Shown: positions 1-10,373, counted from the first letter of the stretch. The stretch: 64,000 nucleotides of DNA from a virus (IMGVR_UViG_3300050821_018098), one strand, 5' to 3'. Notes: a model not told the origin generated them from the sequence alone. Program-made: numbers and translations.

Positions 1-57
1 ATACCTACTATATTTTTAAATAATCCTAATAATGTTTACGGTGTAAGAATTGAATTT

Positions 58-1479
58 ATGGCTGCTACAGGAGTTATTGTCTTCAGAGAAACTACAGTAA
101 CACAAATATCTAATGAAACATTTAATATTGATAATTTAAATTTTAATAGTATTACAACCAATACTATGACATATGATTTTATAGTGAAAGACAATAGTGG
201 GAATATTTTAGCAATTATTAATAGAGACACTATTTCAAATATTGAAACAAATGGTCGAATTATTATAATAGATGACTTAGCACAAGGATCAATATACTTA
301 ACATTTGTTGATGAATTTAATGCTAACCAAGCATTTTCTCTAATCAATTGGGCTTTGGCTGATGCAGCACAAAATCTTATTTTACCGAATATGTCTGCCG
401 ACATTACTCCACCGGTAATAACATTTAATCCAAGTTTAAATCTTAATTGGGTATTAGCAGATTATCCAGATGGTAATGGTGGATATCTTATAACTAAACA
501 AATGCTTATTGATGGTTTCATTTCTAATGTAACAGATAATAGGGATGGTCAAATAATTTTAACAGATGATAATATTACTATTACACTTATAAATAGTAAT
601 TTATCTCTACAGGCTATAACAGCTGAAGGTAAATATAATATTCTTATTGCTGTAGAAGATATTGCACAAAATAGAACAGTTGATAGTATATTACTTAATG
701 TAAAAGATACTAATCCAGCAAAAATTATTCTTACAGACCTTGGTTCACAAATTGTTTTGGAAAATTCAACAAGTGGTACTTCTGGATGGGTTCAACAACG
801 AATATATCTTGAAGATTTTGGAGCTGATCATATCATAGAAAAACAAGATTTTATTAATTTATTTGTCGGACAAGTGGTAGATCTTAAAGATGGTCAATAC
901 CCACTCAACACAAATAATATTACAGTAACAATTACTAATGCAGGTGGACCAACAATCTATCCAGATGTTTATATTCCAGGAAGATATGATGTTTATTTCA
1001 CTGTAATAGATCAAGATCTCAACGTAACAAGTGATTTATGGATGAATTCATTAACAGAATTACCTTTAGATTATGTACCAGTAACTATATCACAAAATCA
1101 ACCACCTGTTATATACTTTAATGATGTTGAGCCACAATATTTGTTGGCTTATGAAAATGGTATAATTGTTAAAGATTATTTGAAATCACTTTGTATCGCA
1201 AAAGTAACGGATGACAGAGATATTACTATCAATGTTACAGTGCTTGATTTAACAATATATAAAACATATAATTATTTACCAGATTACGGTACAGCAGGAA
1301 CAAGTGGTATTATTTCTGGTAATGGAACAAGTGGTATAAACACATTTAATTATGAACCTATATTTCCATTAGAAAAATTATACATAATAGAACCTGGTAT
1401 CTATGAATTGTATGTTACAGTTACAGATTCTGATAACGCTAGTACAACAGATTCACAAAATATTGAAGTTAGATCATAA
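58..1479 (+). CDS. putative virion structural / fiber-associated protein (Thr/Ser/Asn-rich, beta-rich, Ig-like repeats)
   Basis: 473-aa ORF; stop overlaps start of downstream fiber gene (TAATG coupling); TSGTSG-type motifs and composition shared with the fiber. Confidence 0.4.
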   Translation: MAATGVIVFRETTVTQISNETFNIDNLNFNSITTNTMTYDFIVKDNSGNILAIINRDTISNIETNGRIIIIDDLAQGSIYLTFVDEFNANQAFSLINWALADAAQNLILPNMSADITPPVITFNPSLNLNWVLADYPDGNGGYLITKQMLIDGFISNVTDNRDGQIILTDDNITITLINSNLSLQAITAEGKYNILIAVEDIAQNRTVDSILLNVKDTNPAKIILTDLGSQIVLENSTSGTSGWVQQRIYLEDFGADHIIEKQDFINLFVGQVVDLKDGQYPLNTNNITVTITNAGGPTIYPDVYIPGRYDVYFTVIDQDLNVTSDLWMNSLTELPLDYVPVTISQNQPPVIYFNDVEPQYLLAYENGIIVKDYLKSLCIAKVTDDRDITINVTVLDLTIYKTYNYLPDYGTAGTSGIISGNGTSGINTFNYEPIFPLEKLYIIEPGIYELYVTVTDSDNASTTDSQNIEVRS

Positions 1480-4400
1480 TGTTTAAATCAAGTAATTTTA
1501 TTATAGCACCAAGCTCAACAGATCTTAATCTAAAAATTAGGGATGAGTTTAACAACGTAACAAATATTTTAAAAGCTAGTAGTATTTGTAGGTTTCACAA
1601 AGATGGTGATACAATTGTAATAAATTCATCTGATTCTACTTCAGCAATATATTTAAAATTCTATAGTACTGATGAGTCCACATTAGGTATTAATATATTG
1701 TATAATGCCTGGCAGATACTAAAAGCTAATTATTTAGGTCAGGAAGCTAACAAAGCATATGTTGACAGTCAACTTTTTATTGTAGATGCTAGATTGGATA
1801 TTCTTGAAAGTAGTCATTCTACTTCAGGATTATTAATCAATGTAGGTAATGGACTAATAAAAACAGGTCTTAGTACTATATCTCTTGATATTACTGATTA
1901 TGAAACAGATGATACGATAGGATTATCGTCAACATCAGGAATTCTATTTAATGCTGCTTCTTCAACATCTGGATATGTTTCTATTGTTATGAATACTAAC
2001 AATTTTCAAATTATTGATGGTAGAAATACGAAAACAGGTATTCAATATGCTAATGATTATTCTTCTACTTATACAAATAGATCTTTAGTTGATAAAGCCT
2101 ATGTCGATAATAAATTAGCTTCATCTATAACATTTACTCCTGCTGGTGATGTAACAGGAAGTACATCAGGAATAACATCTTTAACCCCTGTTTTAACAAT
2201 AGGAACTAATGTTGTTACATTTTCTAAAATACAACAAATAAATGCTTTTTCTTTAATTGGTAATACTACAGGTTCTACAGCAAATTTAACTAATATTACT
2301 TTAGGATCTGGTTTCAGTTTTGTTGGTACCACATTAGATTATACACCATCTATTAATATAGCAGGTACTTCAGGATATGCAATATTAGCTGGAACAGCGG
2401 GTTTTGCTATCGTAGCAGGCACTGTAATTACAAATGCAAATCTATCTGGTGATATTACTAGTATAGGAAATATAACTAGTTATAATAATATAGTACCAAT
2501 AAGTAAAGGTGGAACACCAACAGGTGGAACTTCAGGACAATTTTTACAGAAAAATTCTAGTACCAATTATGATTATAGTTGGGTTAATTTATATTATCAG
2601 ACTGTACAAGTTTTGAGTACATCTGGTACTGCAAGAGCTAAATTAAATTTTAGTGGTCAATTTTCGCATACAGACGATTCAACTAATAATAGTACTGATA
2701 TCACAATTAGTTCAGTAAACTGGATTTTAATTGCTGGTACACCAACTACCATAGCTGGTTACGGAATTAGTGATGGTGTAACGTTAACAGGTACTCAGGC
2801 TTTAAGTAACAAAACAGGCAATATATCACAATGGACAAACGATTCAGGATATTTACTTAACAATAAAACAATTACTCTTTCTGGAGATGTTACTGGATCT
2901 GGTACTTCAGGTATTGTAACATCTATATCTAATACTATAATTACAGGTAAATTATTAACAGGTTACGCTTCCACTACCGGCGTTATTACAGCTAATGATT
3001 CTATATTAAGTTCTATAGAAAAATTAAATGGTAATATAGGAACCTTGGTTACAGGTGTTTCTACCTTTAATACTAGAAGTGGTAATATTACTTTAACATC
3101 TTCAGATGTTACTACAGCTCTTACCTTTACGCCTTATAATGCAACGAATCCTTCTGGATATTTGATCAACAACCAAACAATTATATTATCAGGCGATGTA
3201 AGTGGAAGTGGTACCTCAGGTATTATTACTTCGGTAAATTGGGTGAATGGATATCCAACCTACGACGCTAGATATGTAACACCTTCTAGTACAAATACAT
3301 TTACAAATAAATCAGGTAACATATCACAGTGGACAAATGATTCTGGTTATATTACTTCTGCTTCTGGTACAGCTGGAGGAGATCTAAATGGTACTTATCC
3401 TAACCCTACTGTGAATTGGGTGAATGGATACCCAACTTATGATGCTAGATATGCCGAGAAATCTGGTGTTACTTTTACTGGTGCTGTAATATTAAGTGCT
3501 GATCCTGTTGTAGCTTTAGGTGCAGCTACTAAAAATTATGTTGATAATCTTGTAACTGGTTTATCATGGAAGAATTCTGTACAAATAGCTACGGTATCAA
3601 ATATTACTTTATCTGGTGAACAAAATATTGATAATGTAATAACGTCAAACTCACGTGTATTAGTAAAAAACCAAACTACACAAACACAAAATGGTATTTA
3701 TGTTTCAAGTACAAGTGGATGGAGCAGATCCAGTGATATGAATATTGGTAGTGAAATATTTGGTGCAACAGTCTATGTTGAGACAGGTAATATAAATGCT
3801 AATACACAATGGTCAAATAATAACACTTCTGGTATAACGGTGGGTGTATCTAATATAAATTTTGTTCAGATAGCAGGTGCTGGAACATATACGAATGGTA
3901 CAGGTATTGTTTTAACAGGAAATGTTTTCAGTATAGATTCAAGTTATACAGCTACATCTGGAAGAACAGGTTATCTATCTTCTAGTGATTGGACAGTATT
4001 TAATAATAAACAAGCAGCTTTAAATGGAACAGGTCTGGTTAAATTTACAGGAACAACACCATCTTATATTACAGGAGCTTCTTCTCAATTTGTTAAAGCT
4101 GATGGTAGTTTGGATTCAAATAGTTATTTAATCAATAATCAAATAATTACTTTATCGGGTGACGTTTCCGGAAGTGGTACTTCAGGTATTACTACTTCTG
4201 TAACATGGTCAAATGGTTACTCAACTTATGATTTAAGGTATGTAACACCATCCAGCACAAATACACTCACAAATAAAACAGGTAATATATCACAATGGAC
4301 TAATGATAACGGATATTTAATTAATAATAAAACTATTACACTATCAGGTGATGTATCTGGGAGTGGGACTTCAGGTATCGTAACTTCTGTTAATTGGCCA

Positions 4401-7067
4401 AATGGTTATCCAACCTATGATTCAAGATATGTAACACCTTCTAGTACGAATACTTTTACAAATAAAACAGGAAATATATCTCAGTGGACAAATGATGCTG
4501 GTTATTTAACCAATGATAAACCTATTACATTATCAGGTGATGTATCTGGGAGTGGGACTTCAGGTATTATTACAACCGTAAATTGGTCAAATGGTTACTC
4601 AACTTATGATGCTAGATATGTAGCTTCAGTTTCTGGAACTAGTGGTAGAATAACTTCAACTGGTGGTGTAAATCCTATGATAGATATATCAGCTTCTTAT
4701 ATAGGACAACCTTCCATAACAACTTTAGGTACAATTATTTCTGGTATTTGGAATGGTACAGCAATTACAGATGGTAATTTGGCCTCATCTTATATCTATG
4801 CTAATGGTTCAAGAGCCTTAACAAATAATTGGGCATCAGGTTCATTTTATATTTCAGCTGGTCAATTAGGAGCTGGTACTGGTACAACAACACCATCATC
4901 TATGCTACATATAGTAGAAACATCATCATCACCTACTAGAGGTATATTATCTGATCAATATACAACAAGTACAATAGGATCAAGAATTACAATGCGTAAA
5001 GCACGTGGTACTTTTGCATTACCTAATGTAATAGTCTCAGGTGATGTTTTAGGAAGTTTTACAGCTTCTGGATATGATGGAACAAATTTTATTGATTCTG
5101 GTAAAATTTTAATAACTTCTACAGGAACTATTTCTTCAGGTACTATACCAGCATCGTTAACATTACAGACTATGAATTCTTCTGGTGTATTAACAGCAGG
5201 AATTACCATTGATCAATCACAAATAGTAACTTTTGCTAGTCATTTAGTAGTAGAAGGTGTTACTTCTACAGGAGCTACAGGAACAGGTAATTTTGTGTTT
5301 AGTAATTCTCCTATATTTACAACACCAAATATAGGTATAGCAACAGGTAATATTACTGGTACAGCTGGATATGCAACATTAGCAATTACAAATGCTAATT
5401 TAACTGGTCCTATTACCAGTGTAGGAAACACAACCTTTGTAGCCTCACAAACTGGTACAGGAACTACATTTGTAATGAATACATCACCAGTATTAGTTAC
5501 ACCCACACTTGGTGTAGCTTCTGCTACAACAATAAATAAAGTTACACTAACTACCCCAGCAACAGGAAGTACATTAACAATTGCTGATGGAAAAACATTA
5601 ACAGTATCAAATACTTTAACATTTACAGGAACTGATAATAGTTCAGTTGCTTTTGGAACTGGTGGTACGGCTACATATACTTCAAATAACTTATCTGTTT
5701 TCGCAGCCACTACTTCAGCACAATTAGCAGGTGTATTATCTGATGAAACAGGTACTGGGTTTGTAGTGTTTAGTGATTCTCCAGTATTTACAACACAAGC
5801 GATCATACCAACATTATATGGTTCTGCTAGTTCAAGTGGTAATTTACAATTAAATTCTACAACTAATGCTTCAAAAGGATTTATTTATATAGGTTCCGCT
5901 GTAGGTTATGATGCTACAAAAAATTTCTTAGGAATAGGTACACAGACTCCAGCAGCATTGGTACATTTATCTGGTAATATTAGTGCTGCATCTTGGGCTC
6001 TAAATGGTATTGGTATAAGAGATCAAGCAGCCACATACACTGATACAACAATAGCTACAGGGACTACACCTAATGTATATATGAATTATTATGGTGTTAA
6101 AACCATGAATTCATCTAATACATCAGTAGTAGTAACTAATTTGTTCGGATCTTATTTTGAAAACCCGATAGCGACCGGTAATGTTACAGCAACAAATTCA
6201 TATGCAGCTGGGTTTGGTGGTAATGTGCGATTCGTTTCAGGTGCAGGACAAACTCAATTTACATTTAGTAATGGACTGACTATAAATATGTCATCAGCTC
6301 AAACGTTTGCTGTTCAAATGAATGGAACTTCTAAATATGTTATATCTACTTTAGGAAATCATACTTTTACTGGAACTACTCAAAGCTCAGGCATTATACC
6401 ATTTATTACATTTACACAATCTGCTTATACAGGTGGTGCGACACCAGGTTTATTATGGACAGCTGGTGCACACACAGGTCAGACATCAGCTACCGAAATC
6501 AATGACGCTTTATTTAATCTTGCTCGTAGTGTTACATGGGTAACTTCTATACCAACAACACAAAGATTCTTTAGAATAACAGCACCAACAATAAATTGTA
6601 TATTAGCTTCAACTACAGTAACAGCTGCTACATTCTCTATATCTGGAGCTCCTGGTACAGCTGGAAGTGCTGGTATAACAAACCCATTATCTTTATGGGT
6701 TGAAAGTGGTGCTAGTGCTTTTAATGGTAGTGTAGGTATAAATCAATCAACTGTTGCTACATCAACATTACAAGTCAGTGGTTCTTTATCTGTCGCATAT
6801 ACAGTTCAAACAACTACATATTCTATTCTACCAACAGATCACAGTGTAAACTGTACTTCTGGAACATTTACAGCAACTTTACCAACAGCTGTTGGAGCCA
6901 CTGGTAGAATTTATATAATAAAAAATTCTGGAACAGGTGTTATTACTATTGCTACAACATCAGCCCAAACAATAGATGGTTCAAGTACTAAAACATTAAG
7001 TGTTCAATATTCTGGTGTGACAGTTCAATCGACCGGTTCTAACTGGATAGTGATAGGAACATTCTAA
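1479..7067 (+). CDS. long tail fiber protein (1862 aa) with internal tandem ~63-aa repeats and C-terminal tip domain
   Basis: Very long Thr/Ser/Gly/Asn-rich ORF; about 5 tandem copies of ISQWTNDSGYL.NNKTITLSGDVSGSGTSGI.TSVNW.NGY.TYD.RYVTPSSTNTFTNK; typical phage fiber composition. Confidence 0.6.
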   Translation: MFKSSNFIIAPSSTDLNLKIRDEFNNVTNILKASSICRFHKDGDTIVINSSDSTSAIYLKFYSTDESTLGINILYNAWQILKANYLGQEANKAYVDSQLFIVDARLDILESSHSTSGLLINVGNGLIKTGLSTISLDITDYETDDTIGLSSTSGILFNAASSTSGYVSIVMNTNNFQIIDGRNTKTGIQYANDYSSTYTNRSLVDKAYVDNKLASSITFTPAGDVTGSTSGITSLTPVLTIGTNVVTFSKIQQINAFSLIGNTTGSTANLTNITLGSGFSFVGTTLDYTPSINIAGTSGYAILAGTAGFAIVAGTVITNANLSGDITSIGNITSYNNIVPISKGGTPTGGTSGQFLQKNSSTNYDYSWVNLYYQTVQVLSTSGTARAKLNFSGQFSHTDDSTNNSTDITISSVNWILIAGTPTTIAGYGISDGVTLTGTQALSNKTGNISQWTNDSGYLLNNKTITLSGDVTGSGTSGIVTSISNTIITGKLLTGYASTTGVITANDSILSSIEKLNGNIGTLVTGVSTFNTRSGNITLTSSDVTTALTFTPYNATNPSGYLINNQTIILSGDVSGSGTSGIITSVNWVNGYPTYDARYVTPSSTNTFTNKSGNISQWTNDSGYITSASGTAGGDLNGTYPNPTVNWVNGYPTYDARYAEKSGVTFTGAVILSADPVVALGAATKNYVDNLVTGLSWKNSVQIATVSNITLSGEQNIDNVITSNSRVLVKNQTTQTQNGIYVSSTSGWSRSSDMNIGSEIFGATVYVETGNINANTQWSNNNTSGITVGVSNINFVQIAGAGTYTNGTGIVLTGNVFSIDSSYTATSGRTGYLSSSDWTVFNNKQAALNGTGLVKFTGTTPSYITGASSQFVKADGSLDSNSYLINNQIITLSGDVSGSGTSGITTSVTWSNGYSTYDLRYVTPSSTNTLTNKTGNISQWTNDNGYLINNKTITLSGDVSGSGTSGIVTSVNWPNGYPTYDSRYVTPSSTNTFTNKTGNISQWTNDAGYLTNDKPITLSGDVSGSGTSGIITTVNWSNGYSTYDARYVASVSGTSGRITSTGGVNPMIDISASYIGQPSITTLGTIISGIWNGTAITDGNLASSYIYANGSRALTNNWASGSFYISAGQLGAGTGTTTPSSMLHIVETSSSPTRGILSDQYTTSTIGSRITMRKARGTFALPNVIVSGDVLGSFTASGYDGTNFIDSGKILITSTGTISSGTIPASLTLQTMNSSGVLTAGITIDQSQIVTFASHLVVEGVTSTGATGTGNFVFSNSPIFTTPNIGIATGNITGTAGYATLAITNANLTGPITSVGNTTFVASQTGTGTTFVMNTSPVLVTPTLGVASATTINKVTLTTPATGSTLTIADGKTLTVSNTLTFTGTDNSSVAFGTGGTATYTSNNLSVFAATTSAQLAGVLSDETGTGFVVFSDSPVFTTQAIIPTLYGSASSSGNLQLNSTTNASKGFIYIGSAVGYDATKNFLGIGTQTPAALVHLSGNISAASWALNGIGIRDQAATYTDTTIATGTTPNVYMNYYGVKTMNSSNTSVVVTNLFGSYFENPIATGNVTATNSYAAGFGGNVRFVSGAGQTQFTFSNGLTINMSSAQTFAVQMNGTSKYVISTLGNHTFTGTTQSSGIIPFITFTQSAYTGGATPGLLWTAGAHTGQTSATEINDALFNLARSVTWVTSIPTTQRFFRITAPTINCILASTTVTAATFSISGAPGTAGSAGITNPLSLWVESGASAFNGSVGINQSTVATSTLQVSGSLSVAYTVQTTTYSILPTDHSVNCTSGTFTATLPTAVGATGRIYIIKNSGTGVITIATTSAQTIDGSSTKTLSVQYSGVTVQSTGSNWIVIGTF
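2809..4620 (+). repeat. degenerate tandem repeat, period about 189 nt (63 aa), about 5 copies inside the fiber gene
   Basis: Recurring ggtaatatatcacaatggacaaatgat... blocks at about 2817, 3313, 4279, 4469 and corresponding peptide repeats. Confidence 0.6.
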
Positions 7068-7079
7068 AATTATAAATAT

Positions 7080-9389
7080 TTGATGAACATATTACAATAC
7101 ACAACATCTACAAGTGGTACTATTACTTCACAAGATACACAACAAGATCTTCATATAATGCATGATGCCGGAGTCACAGCATCTCTTACAATAACTTTAC
7201 CTGCTACACCATTTAATGGACAAGAAGTAAAGATAACAAGTGTTAATGGAATATCATCATTAACATTAACTACTGGGGTAGGAACTATAGCAAACAATCT
7301 AACATCATTATCTGTTGGTGAATCTATAATATACAAATATCTTTCAAATCAAACAAAATGGTATTTAATTACTTCTATATCAGATATCATAGTCCCAAGA
7401 AGTAATCTACTTGCTGAATATAGATTTGATGAAGGTAGTGGTACTACTTTAACTGATTATTCGGGTAATGGAAATAATGGTACTTATGTAGGTAGTCCTA
7501 CTTTTATAAGTGGTGGTGGGTTTACCGCTTCTGGTTCTAGTTCTCCAGTCCAATATGCAACAGGTCATGCTAATTTTATTTTAACGGCACAGACTATTTA
7601 TCTAGTTTATAGCCCTGATGCTGATTCAGCTTCTACCAACCATCCGATAATGGGTAACAGTGGCGGTAATACTTATTTACAAATAGATCAATCAGACAAT
7701 ACTAATAATTCTCAATTTCCATCAGCTCATTTGTATGGTGGTACTGGATCAGGTTCAAGTGGAAAATGTTATAGTAATGATACTATACCATTATCACCAG
7801 CTATTGTAGCAGTTACTATAGATACAAATAATGCTATTCAAAGTCAAATATTTATAGAAGGTAAAGAAGTATTATCATATAATAGTAGAGCATTGAATAT
7901 TGCTTTAGGTCGAGGTGGTACACCTTGGTTTGGTGGTAATAATATAGGAAATTCTTTTGGTACATTCAACGGTAATATTTATTATGCTGCTTCTTATTCT
8001 ACTTTTCATACAGCTTCACAAGTATTACAAATTACTAATACAATAAGACAGTTATTGAATAACAGAGGAACAGTAAAACAAGATGTATATCAACCTTCTA
8101 CTTTAACTGGTCAATTACTAGCATTAGGTGATAGTATAACATGTATTAATGGAGTAGGTGGAGTAACACCTTATCTTAATAGTATAAGTACTAGAATAAC
8201 TTTCAATAAATATATTAAAGGATGGCCAGGTAATAGTTCCCAATTAGTATATGCAGCACCTGGATTATCATCTTTATATTATGCTCCGGCAGGGTCTTAT
8301 AATATTGTTAGTATTTTTCTTGGTACTAACATAATAAGTAATCAAAGTTTATATGAAGCTTGTTTTGAGGGTATAAAATCCATAGCTAAAGAATTTAAAA
8401 GAAAAGGCTGGCAAGTTTTAGTATTTACAATACCCGATAGAACTAATACCTACTCTTACATGGCTTCCTATAATGGATTATTAAGATCTTCTTTTACAAG
8501 AGATGAAATTGTTGATATAGCTGCTGATCCAAGATTAGGTACTAGTGGGGCTTCTACTAACCTTACTTATTTTCAAGCAGATCAAGTACATCCTACTAAT
8601 ACATCACAACTGTTGATAGCAGATTATTTATCAGCAAAAATCAATAGAATTACTAATTTCTCTATTGATAATAAAACATTATACTCACAAATTAACACAA
8701 GTACAGTCACAAATACTACTACAGAAACCTCAATAGTAGGTACATCTTCTGTAAATGATGTCGAATTCAATAATAGTGTATTCCTGTGTAATACTACTAA
8801 TGGTAATAATGTATTATCTGGACCTTTCTCAACTTCACAATTAGTAGTTGGTCAATTAATAACAGGTGCTGGAATCCCTACAAATACTACTATATCTAGT
8901 ATAACAGATAATAATCACTTGGTAATGAGTAATAATGCTAGTTCTAGTAATTCCAATACTGCTACAACATTTAGTTATATAGCAATGAAGCGACACTTTT
9001 TTGTTCCAGGTCAAATTATTGTTTTTGAACAAAAAGGATTGTTAACCACTGGAGTTTCACAAACTTTAAATAGAAAAGTAAAAATTGGAACTACTGTATT
9101 AGGTTCTACAGGTATAGTTACTTTACCTTCTAGTTTAACCAGTGCATTATATAAAATGAATTTAGTAGTTACCTGTGTTACAATTGGTACTTCTGGGACT
9201 TTTCAGGTACAAGGTGATTTATCAGTATATAATGGAAGCAATGGATACAGTATATACCCAATTTCAAATACTAGTGTAGTTACACTAGATACTACAATAG
9301 ATTCCATAATAGATATTACTGATATATGGGGATCTGCAAGTGCAAGCAATATCGATACATCAACAAATTTAAATATAATCAAATTATAA
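7080..9389 (+). CDS. tail fiber / receptor-binding protein with LamG-like (concanavalin-A-like) lectin domain and SGNH/GDSL hydrolase (esterase) domain
   Basis: N-terminal about 95 aa paralogous to fiber tip domain; LAEYRFDEGSGTTLTDYSGNGNNGTYVGSPTF (LamG_3-like); LLALGDSIT (GDS) and ADQVHPT (DxxH) SGNH motifs. Confidence 0.6.
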   Translation: MMNILQYTTSTSGTITSQDTQQDLHIMHDAGVTASLTITLPATPFNGQEVKITSVNGISSLTLTTGVGTIANNLTSLSVGESIIYKYLSNQTKWYLITSISDIIVPRSNLLAEYRFDEGSGTTLTDYSGNGNNGTYVGSPTFISGGGFTASGSSSPVQYATGHANFILTAQTIYLVYSPDADSASTNHPIMGNSGGNTYLQIDQSDNTNNSQFPSAHLYGGTGSGSSGKCYSNDTIPLSPAIVAVTIDTNNAIQSQIFIEGKEVLSYNSRALNIALGRGGTPWFGGNNIGNSFGTFNGNIYYAASYSTFHTASQVLQITNTIRQLLNNRGTVKQDVYQPSTLTGQLLALGDSITCINGVGGVTPYLNSISTRITFNKYIKGWPGNSSQLVYAAPGLSSLYYAPAGSYNIVSIFLGTNIISNQSLYEACFEGIKSIAKEFKRKGWQVLVFTIPDRTNTYSYMASYNGLLRSSFTRDEIVDIAADPRLGTSGASTNLTYFQADQVHPTNTSQLLIADYLSAKINRITNFSIDNKTLYSQINTSTVTNTTTETSIVGTSSVNDVEFNNSVFLCNTTNGNNVLSGPFSTSQLVVGQLITGAGIPTNTTISSITDNNHLVMSNNASSSNSNTATTFSYIAMKRHFFVPGQIIVFEQKGLLTTGVSQTLNRKVKIGTTVLGSTGIVTLPSSLTSALYKMNLVVTCVTIGTSGTFQVQGDLSVYNGSNGYSIYPISNTSVVTLDTTIDSIIDITDIWGSASASNIDTSTNLNIIKL

Positions 9390-9390
9390 T

Positions 9391-9684
9391 ATGCATGTAT
9401 TACAATACACAACAGTAACAAGCGGAACAGTAACAGCACAAGATACAGGACAGGATGTACAATTGATACATGATGCTGGTGTTACAGCCACTCTTACTAT
9501 AGCTTTTCCAGTAACAACTTTTAATGGTCAAAAATTTGGCGTAATGAGTGCTGGTGGAATTACTACACTTACATTAAGCGTAAGTGCTGGTAGTATCACA
9601 AATGCTATAAGTACATTAGCAGCTGGTGGTTGTAGTACTTATCAATATGTAACAGCACAATCAAAATGGTATAAAATATATTAG
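9391..9684 (+). CDS. small fiber-domain paralog (97 aa), possible fiber adaptor/assembly or receptor-binding accessory protein
   Basis: Whole protein aligns with N-terminus of the 7080 ORF (MHVLQYTTVTSGTVTAQDTGQD...HDAGVTATLTI...) and more weakly with the C-terminus of the 1862-aa fiber. Confidence 0.5.
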   Translation: MHVLQYTTVTSGTVTAQDTGQDVQLIHDAGVTATLTIAFPVTTFNGQKFGVMSAGGITTLTLSVSAGSITNAISTLAAGGCSTYQYVTAQSKWYKIY

Positions 9685-9691
9685 ATAAATA

Positions 9692-9724
9692 AAAATCCTT
9701 TGTCGGCAAGGACAAAGGATTTTA
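9692..9724 (+). terminator. rho-independent terminator
   Basis: atcctttgtc-ggcaag-gacaaaggat perfect 10-bp stem followed by ttt, directly after stop of 9391..9684. Confidence 0.7.
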
Positions 9725-9957
9725 GGTATTTAAGTGATAATCTCTAATATTTATACACAAATATACTTACTAAATATTCAAATTCCTAATTATAACTACT
9801 TAATTTATAATAATATATGAAATAACTTATAGTTAAACTTCAACTCACCACCGGTAGTTAACTCATTTACATATTCTTGTATTATAAGAAGTTCTAATCT
9901 TATGTTATAAAATTCATCTGTTAAATACAATATATACATAAAATAAAAACTAACCAA

Positions 9958-10308
9958 ATGAATAAATATGTTCTTAATTTTGAGCAGTTTGTAAAAGAAA
10001 GCCAAAATATTGAAACCAATGAATTCTTTAGTTTTAAGAAAAAAGAATTATCACCTATACAGGAAGAATTAGATATGTTTTTAGATATCATAGGAAGTCT
10101 GGATGTGAAGTTTGACAGTTTATATGATATATCGGAAGCAGAAGCTAATAAAGCAAAAACAATAGCTGAACTTATGCATATAGTAAATAAAGTTCTAAAA
10201 GAATTAAAAGAAGTAAACTTTTTAAGTCCTGATGATATAAATGTAAAAGATAGTCTTGAAATTTTCAAAGAAGAGCTTGCTTCTAAGTCTATAGCAATGA
10301 ATGTTTAA
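9958..10308 (+). CDS. small acidic hypothetical protein with CTS-like N-terminus (MNKYVLNFEQFVKE)
   Basis: 116-aa ORF followed by terminator; N-terminal motif shared with five other ORFs. Confidence 0.4.
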   Translation: MNKYVLNFEQFVKESQNIETNEFFSFKKKELSPIQEELDMFLDIIGSLDVKFDSLYDISEAEANKAKTIAELMHIVNKVLKELKEVNFLSPDDINVKDSLEIFKEELASKSIAMNV

Positions 10309-10373
10309 AGTCCTTATGGACATACTTGGTAAAGCCTCTTATCTTCGGATAACGTAACCAAGTGAGAGAATAA

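Noticed and set aside
36-404. 122-aa minus-strand ORF at the window start
   Set aside because: It is entirely overlapped by the 473-aa plus-strand ORF. Its hydrophobic, low-complexity translation is typical of a mirror frame of an AT-rich coding region.
7071-7078. TATAAATA octamer immediately upstream of the 7080 fiber gene as a T4-type late promoter
   Set aside because: It ends only 1-4 nt before the TTG/ATG start and leaves no room for a 5' UTR. It may be coincidental in a 28% GC genome, although the other TATAAAT(A/T) boxes sit at more plausible distances.
2099-9439. Minus-strand ORFs 2099..2332, 4955..5209, 5240..5806, 7151..7336 and 9203..9439 inside the fiber genes
   Set aside because: They are embedded antisense in long plus-strand genes that are well supported by repeat and domain structure. 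Their Val/Pro/Thr-rich translations are mirror artefacts.
1479-9684. Diversity-generating retroelement (template/variable repeat) targeting the fiber tip
   Set aside because: No reverse transcriptase is present in the window. The three fiber-domain copies differ at many non-adenine-related positions (about 50-60% amino-acid identity), not in the A-specific pattern of DGRs.
9805-10268. Minus-strand ORFs 9805..10005 and 9921..10268
   Set aside because: They overlap the plus-strand 9958..10308 gene, which is followed by a proper terminator. The minus ORFs lack any downstream or upstream signals and have hydrophobic junk composition.
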